A DNA stretch of 35,953 nt from Octopus bimaculoides (taxonomy: Eukaryota). The DNA lies in NCBI RefSeq assembly GCF_001194135.2, contig NC_068999.1, positions 374,236 through 410,188 of the forward strand, given 5' to 3'. Made by a program: the position numbers and the translations under genes. Each line of letters begins with the position of its first letter. The stretch's first letter is position 1. The notes under the pieces are model-generated. The model searched no databases, had not been told where the DNA came from, and saw only the letters and a program-made list of their open reading frames with translations. Shown here piece by piece: positions 12,126-24,081 of the stretch.

Positions 12126-12201
12126 GTACTATTGAATGATATTATATATGTATATATATAGATATATATGCATCTAGGTACATACATATATATATATATA
12201 G

Positions 12202-12238
<37 letters not shown>

Positions 12239-12410
12239 CATATATACATACAGACATATATATGTATTTATATATATATATAGATATTTATATTTCGTAT
12301 GTATGTATAGTATATATATATAAATATATACATACATATATAGATATCTATCTATGAATCTATCTATCTATCAATCTGTTTATATATCTATCTATCTATC
12401 TATCTAGATG
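12085..12410. repeat. CA/TA/(TATC)n mosaic microsatellite
   Basis: Directly visible. Confidence 0.9.
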
Positions 12411-12749
12411 CGTGTATGTATGTGGATGAAAGTAAGCTTGTACACACACATACGAGGCATGTGTGAATAAATGATAGAATTTTTTCTTTTAATGGGAGAA
12501 TAATTTAACATAGTACAATGAAAGATTTATAGCGTAATAGTGACGTTGGCTTAGATGGTGGTATTAATGGCGGCAATGCTAGCGGTAAGGACTTGGCTGT
12601 AATAGTCGTGGTAACTACTACTGATATAGTGGCGGTAACAGTGGTGTTCTCCTCCCCGCACTCTCTAGCTAGCTAGCTCGATAGATAGATATGAATGTTT
12701 CATAGACATATATGTGCATAAATATATTCATATATATTTATATATTTAT

Positions 12750-13292
12750 GCGTGTCTCTGTGTGCAAGGATCTATGTACGTATGAGCACCAATGTGCTGG
12801 TGGTGGTGTGCGTGGAATTTGCCTGCATTAAATTGCCTCTTTTTGTCCTCAGCCCATTTATATATAGCATCTAGGTCTTTCTGTAGAAGACTAGCACCAG
12901 AAGGTTCCTTCACTGCTTGTGTCATCAGTACAGCTAGTAAGTGTGGTTGTCTGCGTACCTGAAGCCATGTCTGAAAGAGCCACCATGAACAGCAGCGGCC
13001 CCAATACAATTCCTTGATGCACACCACTATCTATTACTGTCTCTTTGGAGAGGGATCCGTTGGCTGCTGCAGTTTGGCTTCTGTCATTTAAGAAGTCATG
13101 CAATCACTCTCCAATCTTCCCAGTTATGCCGAGTTTCCGTAGTTTGTGACATATCATCCCATGATCAGCTTTATCAAAGGCCTTTGCAAAGTCGAGATAT
13201 ATCACATCCACATTTGAGCGATTCATTAATTGTTTCAACACCCAGTCACAATGCTGCAAAAGCTGTGTAAGGCAGCTTCTTCCTACATAGGT
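12750..13292 (-). mobile_element. CR1-clade LINE reverse-transcriptase fragment (pseudogene)
   Basis: Minus translation GRSCLTQLLQHCDW..NVDVIYLDFAKAFDKADHG..KLRKLGITGKIGE*LHDFLNDRSQ..SGVHQGIVLGPLLF..CTDDT / LQKDLDAIYKWAE..QFNAGKF contains the DF.KAFD, GV.QG..LGP.LF and degenerate YADD motifs. Confidence 0.92.
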
Positions 13293-13304
13293 ACTTGTAT
13301 GTAT

Positions 13305-13305
13305 G

Positions 13306-13337
<32 letters not shown>

Positions 13338-13347
13338 NNNNNNNNNN

Positions 13348-13390
<43 letters not shown>

Positions 13391-13450
13391 CGAATGTTTA
13401 CATGTGCATGCGTGTGTATATCTGCGTGTGTGTGTATGTATGTATCGCCT
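13305..13450. repeat. (TA)n-gap-(TG)n microsatellite
   Basis: Directly visible. Confidence 0.93.
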
Positions 13451-13952
13451 TTACGAAAATTTCCCCTCAAGTAGATATTCTTGATATTCCTAGCCTAAAG
13501 CCTATATCTTTACTTTTATCAAACTTTCTAAATCCACTCCAACATTTTATACAACTTTCAAGCATCCTTCACTAATTTTCAGTTTTTTTCCTGGAATTTT
13601 TTTTTCAATTTGAAACACTTAAAAACAAAACATTTTCCATATTTTCTTAGAAATACATATTGACCATTGCTCCCGCTTAGCGCTTCATTTTTACACATAT
13701 TTTCGCATATACACATTTAAAGTGTATGGAAACATTTTATTTTAGGAAAACAGGAAGACATTAAAAAATAAATCTAGAATTGTTCACAATATTTCACATA
13801 TTCAAAGGAAAGAAATAAAAGGTAGAAGCCATCTTGAAACAATCTGTGATTCCTCTCTACGTCAGATTGTTAAACAGGGAAGAATATGACACTTGAGGCT
13901 GTCACAATAGCAACATTTCATAACTTCGAGTGTTCAACTGAACTACGGCTAA

Positions 13953-14068
13953 TCAACAACAACAACAACAGCAGCAGCAAGTAGAAGAAAAAGAAAAAGA
14001 TGAAGAACAACAACAATAATAATAATAATAACAATATCAATAATAATAATCATAATAATAATAATATC

Positions 14069-14107
<39 letters not shown>
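13953..14107. repeat. (AAC)n/(AAT)n trinucleotide tract
   Basis: Directly visible. Confidence 0.93.
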
Positions 14108-14315
14108 CCTATCCATTATAGGCAGAAAACTTAAAATCCTGGAGGAGGAAGGTTTTCGATTTCATTGATCACAGTGCTTGATCGATATAGTGTCGTTATT
14201 TCATCGATCCCGAACAGATTGAATGCGTAACAATCTCTACAATAAGCACAAGGCCTGAAATTCCAAGGAGACGGCTTCGATTATTTTAGTGATCCTAAGA
14301 CTCAAGGAGGCACAT
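14107..14315 (-). mobile_element. Two tandem 3' fragments of SINE family D
   Basis: Units ataggcagaaaacttaaaatcctggagg and taagcacaaggcctgaaattccaagg match the reverse-complemented 3' end also seen at 16688-16730. Confidence 0.55.
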
Positions 14316-14353
14316 ATTTTATAATAATAATAATAATATTAATAATAATAATG

Positions 14354-14387
<34 letters not shown>

Positions 14388-14516
14388 TAATTATTATTAT
14401 ATCTCTTTATCACAGGTTTTGTTGGAACTCCTGGTCTGTTGCATGCGTAGCAGGCATCCTATCTGCAGCCTACCGTACCATGCTATACATTCTTTTCAGC
14501 TATCTATCTATCTATC

Positions 14517-14569
<53 letters not shown>

Positions 14570-14572
14570 ATA

Positions 14573-14680
14573 AAGCAGCGGGCTGGCAGAATTGTTAGCG
14601 GCCCGGGCAAAGTGTTTACTGATATTTCGTCTGTCTTCATATTCTGAGTTCAAATTCTGCCGAGGTCGAATTTGCCTTTG
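14573..14680 (+). mobile_element. 5' part of tRNA-derived SINE family D
   Basis: A box tggcagaattgttagc, B box gagttcaaattc, then gccgaggtcgaatttgccttt. Confidence 0.85.
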
Positions 14681-15545
14681 GTGAATTGTAGTAGAAGTGC
14701 TTGGTAATGAAGAAGATAGTTGTAGTAGTAGTAGTAGTAGTGGTGGTGGTGGTGGTGTTTTGTTATTCTGACCACAATAAACAAAACTGCAATGAGAGAT
14801 TCCAAACATCAGCAGGTCAATTTTGTTCATGCTGGCATGATTGGAAATACTTTTGGACTGCTATTTCTAGGAACGAGATGCCTCGACTTGATACTCGTCT
14901 GTTCCGTTACAGACAAAAGTTATATTAAGTTGTTTATAAATAAATTTTCGAGAGCAATATACAGTGTAAATGAACCGGACATATTTTTCCAAGCGTCGAA
15001 TCAAGACGAAGTATATGTGTATGTATATATATATATATATTTATATATATGCACACACACATACACACACATATATACATGCATATACATATATTTATAT
15101 ATGTATACGCACACACACACATACACGTACACACGCACATACGCATACGGAAATATATTCAAGATGCCATATTAAACATCCATTCCTTTTACGCATTTAA
15201 ACTTGGAAATACACATTTAAAAGCATGCACAATAGATATGCAGATACCCTTGTATATGTAAGTATATATATATATATATACATTGCCATACGTATGCATA
15301 TACATTTATGTGTATGTGTGTCCGTTTGTTTATATATATGTAAACACACACAGACACACACACACACACATATATATACATGCATATGCATATATATATA
15401 CATATATACAAAAGTTGAGACGGTGGGGTGAGAGAAAATGGCAGAGGGTATCATATAAATGTGGAAATATAATGGATTTTAAATGTTCACTGGCATGGAA
15501 AGGTTGACCCGAGGATGATATAAAAATAAATTAAAATGAGAGTGA

Positions 15546-15549
<4 letters not shown>

Positions 15550-15628
<79 letters not shown>
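15550..15628. repeat. (GA)n microsatellite
   Basis: Directly visible. Confidence 0.97.
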
Positions 15629-15629
<1 letters not shown>

Positions 15630-16594
15630 AGATAAAAATAGAGAGGGGAAGAAGATAACTAAGACAAATGGAAATAAGACAAAGATAATTCGAAAACAAA
15701 ATGAAAGAGTTATATAAACAAGAATACCCCTTAGAAAAACGTAGGAATGTGAAGAGAAAGTAATTGGAATTTATTGAGGTTAAAATTGCAATGATTTTCT
15801 CCACTAACAAAAGAATGGAACTGGAAAGAGTAATTCCATAGTGTGATTCTTTGAAACTCCAAAAGACAGTAAAATAAGTGGAGTGAAGACATGAAATATT
15901 ATTTGGCTGAAAGGCAGAATATATTGCATTGCGTTATCATCATCATCATTAAACGAATTAATTATTATTATTATTGTTGTTATTGTTATTATTACTATTG
16001 TTGTTCTCGTCGTTGTTGTTGTTATAAACATTCTATTTAGCCATAAAAACTAAACATACAATATTGTTCTTGTGAATTACGCACACTCAGGAATGCATAG
16101 ATTATGTACACACATACACTCACGCATGTGTGTGTGTGTGTGTGTGTTTGTATACATGCATACATGCGTTTTCTATGCAATATTTACATGTCTATGAGCT
16201 TTTGCATATAAATATACATACACACACACAGACACACATATATATAGTATATACCAATGTGTATACATATGTGTGCTTGGTTTTCTCTCTTTTCCTCTTT
16301 CTCTCTTTCTCTGCCCCCTCTCCTCTTTCTTCATCCACACACGCATTCACACAATTGCATAATATTTAGGAAGTATTTTGTTTAAATTCTAGAATGGATT
16401 CCATGTTGAATGTGAACCAATAAAAACAACCGTATATGAAAAGTGTCTTTACAAATTAATAATGACAACAACAGTAACAATAATAATAATAATAATAATA
16501 ATAATATACGCTATAATAATAATAATGCATTATAGAACGCTGGGTGTGTCTCGTCAAATGATTGTAGCGTACATGCAGATTAAAAGTAAATAAT

Positions 16595-16846
16595 ATTTCC
16601 AATCCTTCGTGCGGTAGCTACAAGGCCTGAAATTTTGGGGAAGGAGACAACAGATTACATGGATGCCAGTGCTCAGCTGGTACTTATTTCTTTTCTGCTC
16701 TAAGCACAAGGGTCGAAATTTTTCGGTAGGTGACCAATCGATTAGATCGACCCCTGTACGCAACTGGTACTTATTTCATCGTCGCTGAAATGATGAAAGG
16801 CAAACTTGACATCGGTAGAATTTGAACCCAGAACGTAACGACAGAT
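16595..16846 (-). mobile_element. Tandem SINE family D copies (3' fragment plus longer copy)
   Basis: Motif caagg..gaaattt....ctggtacttatttc occurs twice (16620-16690, 16707-16776); B-box reverse complement gaatttgaaccc at ~16820. Confidence 0.85.
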
Positions 16847-16850
16847 GGCG

Positions 16851-16957
16851 TTAATGCACTACAAAAGCAATGGAGGAAATGTGTGGACCGCAAAAAGGGA
16901 CTATGTTGAACAATAAACCTCATTTGGTTACATTCCATGACAAGATCCTGGTTTACA
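16851..16957 (+). mobile_element. Mariner transposase C-terminal remnant
   Basis: NALQKQWRKCVDRK / GDYVEQ* (one frameshift) matches the mariner terminus L..RW.KCVD..GDY.E. Confidence 0.7.
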
Positions 16958-17721
16958 GTTGAATATACAACTGGAGAAATGTGAAATAATGTGAAATTAT
17001 CAAGAAGTTAACGCAAGGTCCACGAGCCGAACTCAGGAACAGATGACCACCAAGCAAGCACACGTAGTCACCAGGCCACAAGAATTCATTATAACTTCTT
17101 TATTTAAGATGCTCGTTTATCGTACTTCGGAAAAAATTACAATTATTTTGATCTGTTACAGAAGTTTTTTTTTGTTTTTTGGTAGATCGATCAATCGAAA
17201 CATACAAACTCTTCCCTCGAGATCGGTAAAATATAATTGTGATTCTGCGATGGTCATGCATTTTTCTAATACATTATCTCGACAAGTAAATTGGAGAGGG
17301 AGGGAAAACTCTATCGATTCTCGCCAGAAACTTACCTATTTTACAGCAATCCTTTGCGATGGTATCGTGAGTAAAATATCGAATTATGTAATAATGACAT
17401 ACAACAGATTCTGGGATGTCGATAGGAGTAATTAGATTATGAAAGAAACTGGTATATAACCGGATAAAGACCGAAACACGTACTATATCATTTCCATATA
17501 CACCCATCTAGCCATACACTCGACAAATTTAATACATGGATGCACTGAGAGATATGCACTGATTTTATAATCTGAATATTCACTCACATATAAACAGATC
17601 ATATACAAAAATTTACGAGGTACATACATACACACCACAAAAGCAACCGTACGTACACACATATTTCTATATGTACATATATCTGTAAATGACAGGTGTA
17701 TATACGATTACCTGCATCCAT

Positions 17722-17827
17722 CAAGGTGTAGCTTGCTTCCCAACGACATGGTCCCGGGTTCTCTCACACAGTATGGTACCTTGAGCAAGTGTCTTCTAAT
17801 CTAGCCTCTGGCCCATCAAAACCTTGT
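17722..17827 (+). mobile_element. 5' half of SINE family C
   Basis: tagcttgcttcccaacgacatggtcccgggtt..ccttgagcaagtgtcttcta is the reverse complement of 28905-28980. Confidence 0.8.
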
Positions 17828-18150
17828 CTGTCTTTTCATTCTGAATTCCAATAATACGTAGGTCAAGTTTGCATTTTATACTTTCGGGGTAGAGGGTCGA
17901 TAAAAAAGTACCAGTTAAGCACTGAGGTCTGAAACTTTCGACTGGCCCCCGTCCCACATAATGTCACGCCTTCTGACTATAAGGGAAATCATTATCAAGG
18001 CACCGAGCTGGCCGAATCGTTAGCATGCAGAGCAACATTCCTAACGGCATGCTGTCCGGTTTTACGTTCTGAGAAGAATCGATGTAATCCTCGAACCCGC
18101 TCCTCTAAACTCTTAAAATTTGTGCCTCTCTTTGAAATCATTATTATTAT
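17828..18150 (+). mobile_element. Two tandem diverged SINE family D copies
   Basis: ggtcgataaaaaagtaccagttaagcactgaggtc..cgactggccccc, then a new head gagctggccgaatcgttagcatgc..tttacgttctgag with an internal deletion. Confidence 0.75.
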
Positions 18151-18335
18151 TAATATCATTATCGTGAATATTATTATTTTTCCTGTTAGGATTATTATTA
18201 TTTCATTATTATTATTGTTTTTAATATAACTATTATTTTTCCGACTAATACGTCTACTACTATTATTATTACTACGGATCACAACAACTTAATCCCTCGC
18301 TCACGTGGCCGCTTCAAATGCATACGCACGCGCGT

Positions 18336-18336
<1 letters not shown>

Positions 18337-18404
<68 letters not shown>
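18337..18404. repeat. (CA)34 microsatellite
   Basis: Directly counted. Confidence 0.98.
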
Positions 18405-18410
<6 letters not shown>

Positions 18411-18799
18411 CACACACTATTTCAGCGGATTAGTCTATTTGCTAAAGGTCACCCTCAATGGGTACATGAATATGAGCAGCATGAGATTTGGACGTTGACA
18501 GCTGACTTTTAAATGAGGTTAACCAATGTTGCGATTTCACACTGGAATACAATGGAATAGATGTAAATGATTAGATTAGAATAGAACAGAATAAGGAAAA
18601 TGAATTCGATAGAAGAGAATGTTAGAATCTCTACATATTCATTAATGTTAGCAAATCTAGCCTGAGGGATTTAAATATGAAATAATTTATTTAGAAATAA
18701 ATGAATTTCGTGTGTTATTTGATATTACAATGAATATATTAGCATTTAGTATATTCAGACTCGTATGGGGGTATTTTAATGTATTATGTATGCACAAAG

Positions 18800-18930
18800 C
18801 CCAGTGGCCTAGAGTTTGGGGTTAGGGTTAGGGTTAGGGTTAGGGTTTGGGGTAGTGTACTCAGGAATAAAACATCGTGGCTTCGATTCCGGCATCTGGT
18901 GATATTTTGTGCTATGGAAAGAAAAGAAAT
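18800..18930 (+). mobile_element. SINE family B head interrupted by telomere-like tract
   Basis: cctag..[G-tracts]..gtgtactcagga..atcgtggcttcgattcc parallels cctagttggttagggtgttgcactcatga..atcgggatttcaattcc at 821-872. Confidence 0.6.
18815..18852 (+). repeat. Interstitial telomere-like tract TTTGGGG(TTAGGG)4TTTGGGG
   Basis: Directly counted; six G-runs of 3 or more. Confidence 0.97.
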
Positions 18931-19087
18931 CAGTACACGGGGCTCCTATACATTCAGATGTAAATTACTAACTCTGCAACAAACTTGCGGCTCCTTTAAG
19001 AGCAATGTAGTGATTGCGATGCCTTATACACCATGCGAGTCTCCATGAGTCATAGCATTGAAGCCAGTAAGGACAATTGCAGTACCT

Positions 19088-19205
19088 GGCCTAGTGTACA
19101 GGATATTGTAATCACAAAACCAAGATTGTGATTGCACTATCGATCCCTAGACCGGACAGCGCGTTGTGTTCTTGAGCAAAACATTTCATTCTCACGTTGC
19201 AACAG
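19088..19205 (+). mobile_element. SINE family B, 5' part
   Basis: gcgttgtgttcttgagcaaaacatttcattctcacgttgc aligns with 887-924. Confidence 0.7.
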
Positions 19206-19267
19206 CTCATTCATTTCGAAGTGTCGAAAGGCAAAAGAACTACGTTTTATAAAATCTTATTTCTTAC

Positions 19268-19755
19268 CTAAACGTTTGGCACCATCGATTTATCTTCGGG
19301 AAGACGAAGCTCCGCACTAACAGCGCATCAGCCCTCTCCATTCTCCTCTGTGGAGAAGAAACGTGGCCCTTCTCCAAGAGCTTAGCAAAAAGGATCGGGT
19401 GCAGCGATAACAGATACCTTAGACCCAACGAGAACATCAGATTGTACGATGATGTTTCCAACAAAGAATTGCGTGCGCGCATGCATCAGCGTGCAGCCTC
19501 CCATCTCGGCCGGCGTCCTTCGTCCCCTGCAAGACCCTCCTACTCGGGATTGACTCCCTGTCGATGCAGCAGCTGCTGGCTGGAAGAGGCCTCGTAGCAG
19601 GACCCACACCTGATGGCTGGACGTGATTGGGTGAGAAATCGATGTCACCTTGGAGGATGCAGAAAGGTCAGCATTCGACTGCCGGTGGTGAAGTGTACTT
19701 GTGCACATGGTCAGCTCTACGTATGATGACATCTCTGCGACCACTCGATGCTAGT
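19268..19755 (+). mobile_element. RTE-clade LINE 3' fragment (post-RT C-terminal region, pseudogene)
   Basis: VWHHRFIFGKTKLR..ALSILLCGEETWPFSKSLAKRI..DNRYLR..DDVSNKELR / GWKRPRSRTHT*WLDVI..TLEDA..AFDCRW matches RTE LLYG.ETW, V.N.E.R and W.RPRGRP..RW.D motifs. Confidence 0.82.
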
Positions 19756-20327
19756 CAATGTAATACCTCATAAAATTATTCGGCGATTCTTCCAGAAGTA
19801 CTTTGGCATGTATGCTGAAGATTATACTTCACCGATAAGTTCAGAAGAAGCCAGCTATATGTCCAGTGTTTCCTCCCCTACAGAGGAAAAGAAAAAAAAG
19901 GAGATTACCACATCGACTAATATTGTTTTTCTTATAGACACTTCTTACCTTCACAAATAATTATTTTAACTTTGATTTTAATGCGTTCTAAAATAATTCA
20001 ATTTATACTAACTTTCAAATATACTGACTTTTGAGACGAATGGACGGATTTAATCAAATTTAAGTGTACGCGCGCGTATGTAATTAAAATTTCTGGACTT
20101 TCTATTTAGCGGTGTCTGTTGTTACGAATGGAACCATCCATATGTTGGTTACCAGTTCATCAACTGCCTTCTTATGCTTATTTTTTGTTGTTATTTTTTC
20201 TGAATACCTAACAAATGTCTAAATAACATTTTCATGTTTATTTTGCATATTGGACAGCAAAGTTGTTTAAAGACTTAATAAACATATCTTTTTCATTATT
20301 ATTATTAATCTTCACCAATATTATTAT

Positions 20328-20344
20328 TGTTATTATTATTATTA

Positions 20345-20378
<34 letters not shown>
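20328..20378. repeat. (TTA)n microsatellite
   Basis: Directly visible. Confidence 0.95.
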
Positions 20379-20379
<1 letters not shown>

Positions 20380-20774
20380 GTTGGTGTAACTGAAGATGAA
20401 TTTTTTATTACAATTGTTTTTCGAGATTTGTTTGCTTTTCATTTTTATATTTTTTATGTATTTATTATTGTTTATTTTATTCTTTTTATATTTGCGAAAC
20501 AAAGAAAAATGAAATTGAATTTTTTTGTAGGAAATTTAAACAAAGGTTGAAAAAATATATAATTAAAAAAAATTCAAGCAATCAGCAGCAACACAACATC
20601 AATAACAATAACAACAAGAATAACAAGCAATCATTTATTAATAGTTCCTATTATTTTACTAGTGTTTTCTGTAATTGACTAAGAAGTTAAGGAGGGTCGG
20701 CGATGGACGTTTTAACGTTCTTTTGTTCCAAGTGGGTTTTATTTCATATTAAATTCAGTTCGCTATTTTCTTTG

Positions 20775-21078
20775 TGTGCATGAGTGTATATATTAGTGTG
20801 AATATATGTGTATGTATGTGTGTGTATGTGCATATGTGTGTGTGCATGTAGTTACGTGTATATGTCTCTTGTAATTGTGTGTATATGTCTGTCTGTATGT
20901 ATGTATGCGTGTATAAATGTGCGTGTAGGCGCGCGTGTTTGAAATATTATGTATGTGTGAATATATATATATGTATTTCGTGTACGTGCATATGTATGTG
21001 TGCTCGTGTCTATGCGTGTATGTAAGTGAATCTGTGTATGTATATGTATAGGTGTATGTGAGCATGTGTGTGCTCGTG
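20775..21078. repeat. Degenerate TG/TATG mosaic
   Basis: Directly visible. Confidence 0.88.
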
Positions 21079-21377
21079 TAGATTTGCCATATTGACTATT
21101 TTACAACAAAAGAATTTCCAATCATCAAATATTTACTTGTTTTTTGTTTGTTTGTAGGTGTGTTTCTTGTTTTTTTTTAATAACCTGGCACTCAATACGA
21201 GGAATTGTTCAAGAGTAAATTTAACAATAAATTGAGTTCCGTATTGTTTACTAACGAAATGTGTTTGCGTTTGTCTTTTGTATTCATTGCTAACGTTTTT
21301 TGTGTGAGTGTTTTTGATAGATTTAAAAAAAAAAAAAATGCTATGCTGTGTAGTGAATGTTATAGAGAAGCCGGTTA

Positions 21378-21422
21378 ACTGATTGGTTATTCTAGCTATC
21401 GTCAAATCAAATCAGCCAATAG
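21378..21422. promoter_or_regulatory. Pair of inverted CCAAT (NF-Y-like) boxes
   Basis: ctgATTGGtt (21382-86) and cagCCAATag (21416-20); motif match only, no functional evidence. Confidence 0.25.
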
Positions 21423-24025
21423 TTGTTGTTTTTAATGTTTTTCAAGTTCCCTTTTCTGACAGTTTCTATTTCACTGACATTTTTCCCCTGTAGTTTTCAG
21501 AAAGCTGTTCAAATAATTCGCCAAAAAATGGTCTTCGATTCGGTATCGATACACTACATGTCAGAGTGCGGCATCCCACCCCGCTTAATTGCACGAATAT
21601 GTAAGAAGCTGATGGCGCAGAGGAAGCCAATATAGACAAGATCTCCGAAGGCATGCTAGAAAGATGTGTGGTACATTTGGGCATTCTCGTCAGAATACAG
21701 ACTTGTGGACGGCCTCAGTAGAAGGGATTGGGACCCTACCATTTACATAATTCCACCCTCAGTAAATCATGGATCTTAGATTCCCTGAATAGAGATCCTT
21801 GAAATTATTTATGATGAGAGCAAACGACACTTATCGACCGACACTGCAAATCAAAACAAGGCCTTTTAATACCGCTCAAAGGACACATTGTATTCTCTGT
21901 GGAGTAAAACTGTTGTTTGAGATATAAGCGTGTTACTGTTCTATGTGGGATGGGAAGAGTTGATAAGCGGTGCCTGAAGAATGACTGAAGATGGGTAACC
22001 CATGTATGTCGCAATTTGTACATTTCGAAGAGGTGTAAATATGTGCAGATATTGACTCGACAGACTTGTGAGAGAACAGGGTCCCTGATGTACGCCTTTC
22101 TGAAAATAATGTTCTTGAGAACTCCATAGATTTGGCAACCTTGCGAGATTTTTACAAACAGGCATTTTTATTATTTTGTAATAATTTTCGTTTTACTGAT
22201 AAGCTGGAGATTGTCTTTCAAATATCAATGATTATTGAAATTGTATTTATGAAAATTCCGTATATTTCTTGTGTCGAGTTTGTAAGTATAAAGGTGATTA
22301 AGTGTAATTATGTGAATCCATATTGAGACTCAGAAAGAGAAGAGAGACAGCGAAAGAGAGAGACGGGGCGAGTGACATTGTGTAAAGCTTATGGTCGGAA
22401 TTAGCTACTCTTGTGTTATCGAGAGCATCCATTGGAGGGTGATTAATCAGTATGGTGTTGCTTTACATCCCTTTAAATTTTGAGAAATTTAAACTTGCAA
22501 TAATCTTTTTCCAGCTTCCAGATTTCTAAACGGAAAACTGCTGTTGACAAGATTAGTGGCAGATACTGGTGAGTGCAATGATTCCTTCAGGCCTTGTGTG
22601 TTTTAGAATCATGTGACATTGTCAGACTCTGGGGCGCTTGATTTGTTTTTAGATTTCGATATCGATTTCTGGTTTTCTGATAAATGGTGCTTTTCTAAAA
22701 ATTAATGTTTTCCTGGAAGGTTTGTACCTTTCATAAGTATGTATCGTATTTGTGTGGCTGATTTTTATTTAAAAAAGTCTGATGAATGAATTTAATTGTT
22801 ACTTCAGTGCGAGTACAATATTTAGGGTTTTTTTTTTCTTGTGACATCAGTTTTTTAATATGACTGTCATTGTTATTGTTGTTATTGCTCTTTTCATTTC
22901 TAATCAAACCGTATTGTGTCTTTCTGCTTACTTTCGTGTGTATTGATACAAATGTTCTCTACTTACGGCAATTTCCTTATTTACTTGCTTTTTGCTTAGT
23001 TGTTAGTTTTGGGGGATTTCATTTGAGGTTGGCATTCGTTTGTTTATTTCTGCTAATAAATTCTGCATGTATTTTTTAATGCTGAGGTGCACCTATGTCT
23101 ATCTTGTTAAATGGACGTAATTGATGTGCTTTGCTCGTTAAAAATCGATATTATCTTGTTCTGAGAATAAAGTGAGCGATTTCTGAACATATTTAGATAC
23201 TATATTGACCTCTACAATACTACAGAACCTTCATTTTGTTAAAATAATGAGGAATAAATTACGGTGGTTAAAGCATATTATTGGCAGAATAACTTATAAT
23301 TCTCATTCTTTAATGGTATTATTCACGTGAAAATCGGATAATTTGTGTTAACATATTTAAAATGTTAACAATATGTCTGTATACTTATTTGTTAATCACA
23401 TTTCGTTGTTCATTCATTATAGATTCGGAGAAAAAAACAACTTTTATAAAGAATACGGGTACTTTAGTGCTATTATTGCTATATCTGCTTGTCAGAAGTG
23501 TTGACAAGTTTCTGGCAAAATGGTGGAAATCTTACGATAACACTGCTAAAATGATAACATTTTACGATAAGACTGCATCACTGTACATATTAAAACATTT
23601 GTACATTTAGAAAAGCTGATTAGATTAAGTTAAGGAAGCAGAATTGGTAGATGTAACCGGATCTTCACAAATATTGTTCAAATAATGTTTATTGTTTTGC
23701 GTCGCTTCTAAGGTTTCACCAAATCCGTAAATAAATGTATTCTGAAACATCTGAATCGAAGACAAAGTATAAATGAGATCGTTTCACATGATATTACTCC
23801 ATGTTCTTTACAAATTAAACAGGGACACATATTCGATGGTGTCACATTTAAATACGTTTTGCGGAAAAAGAGATAAGACTGGATAAAAAGTATCAGAACG
23901 ATAAATTTACAGAATCGTTAGTGCATCGAATAAATGACGTTTAATTCCTCTGGATATTTGAATTCTGGGTTCAAATTACACCAAAAACAACGTTTTCCTT
24001 TTCAATTAAGCTTTTACTTTTTCAT

Positions 24026-24079
<54 letters not shown>
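24026..24079. repeat. (CA)n microsatellite
   Basis: Directly visible. Confidence 0.97.

Positions 24080-24081
<2 letters not shown>

Noticed and set aside
14573-14660. tRNA-like A/B boxes here and at 821, 18808, 28940 and 31745
   Set aside because: No complete cloverleaf; embedded in SINE bodies, so SINE heads rather than tRNA genes.
18815-18852. True chromosome end or telomere fusion site
   Set aside because: Only four canonical units, one orientation, no head-to-head TTAGGG/CCCTAA junction or subtelomeric array.
21524-21545. NGLRFG suggesting an RFamide neuropeptide
   Set aside because: Not followed by basic cleavage residues, not repeated, and no signal peptide.
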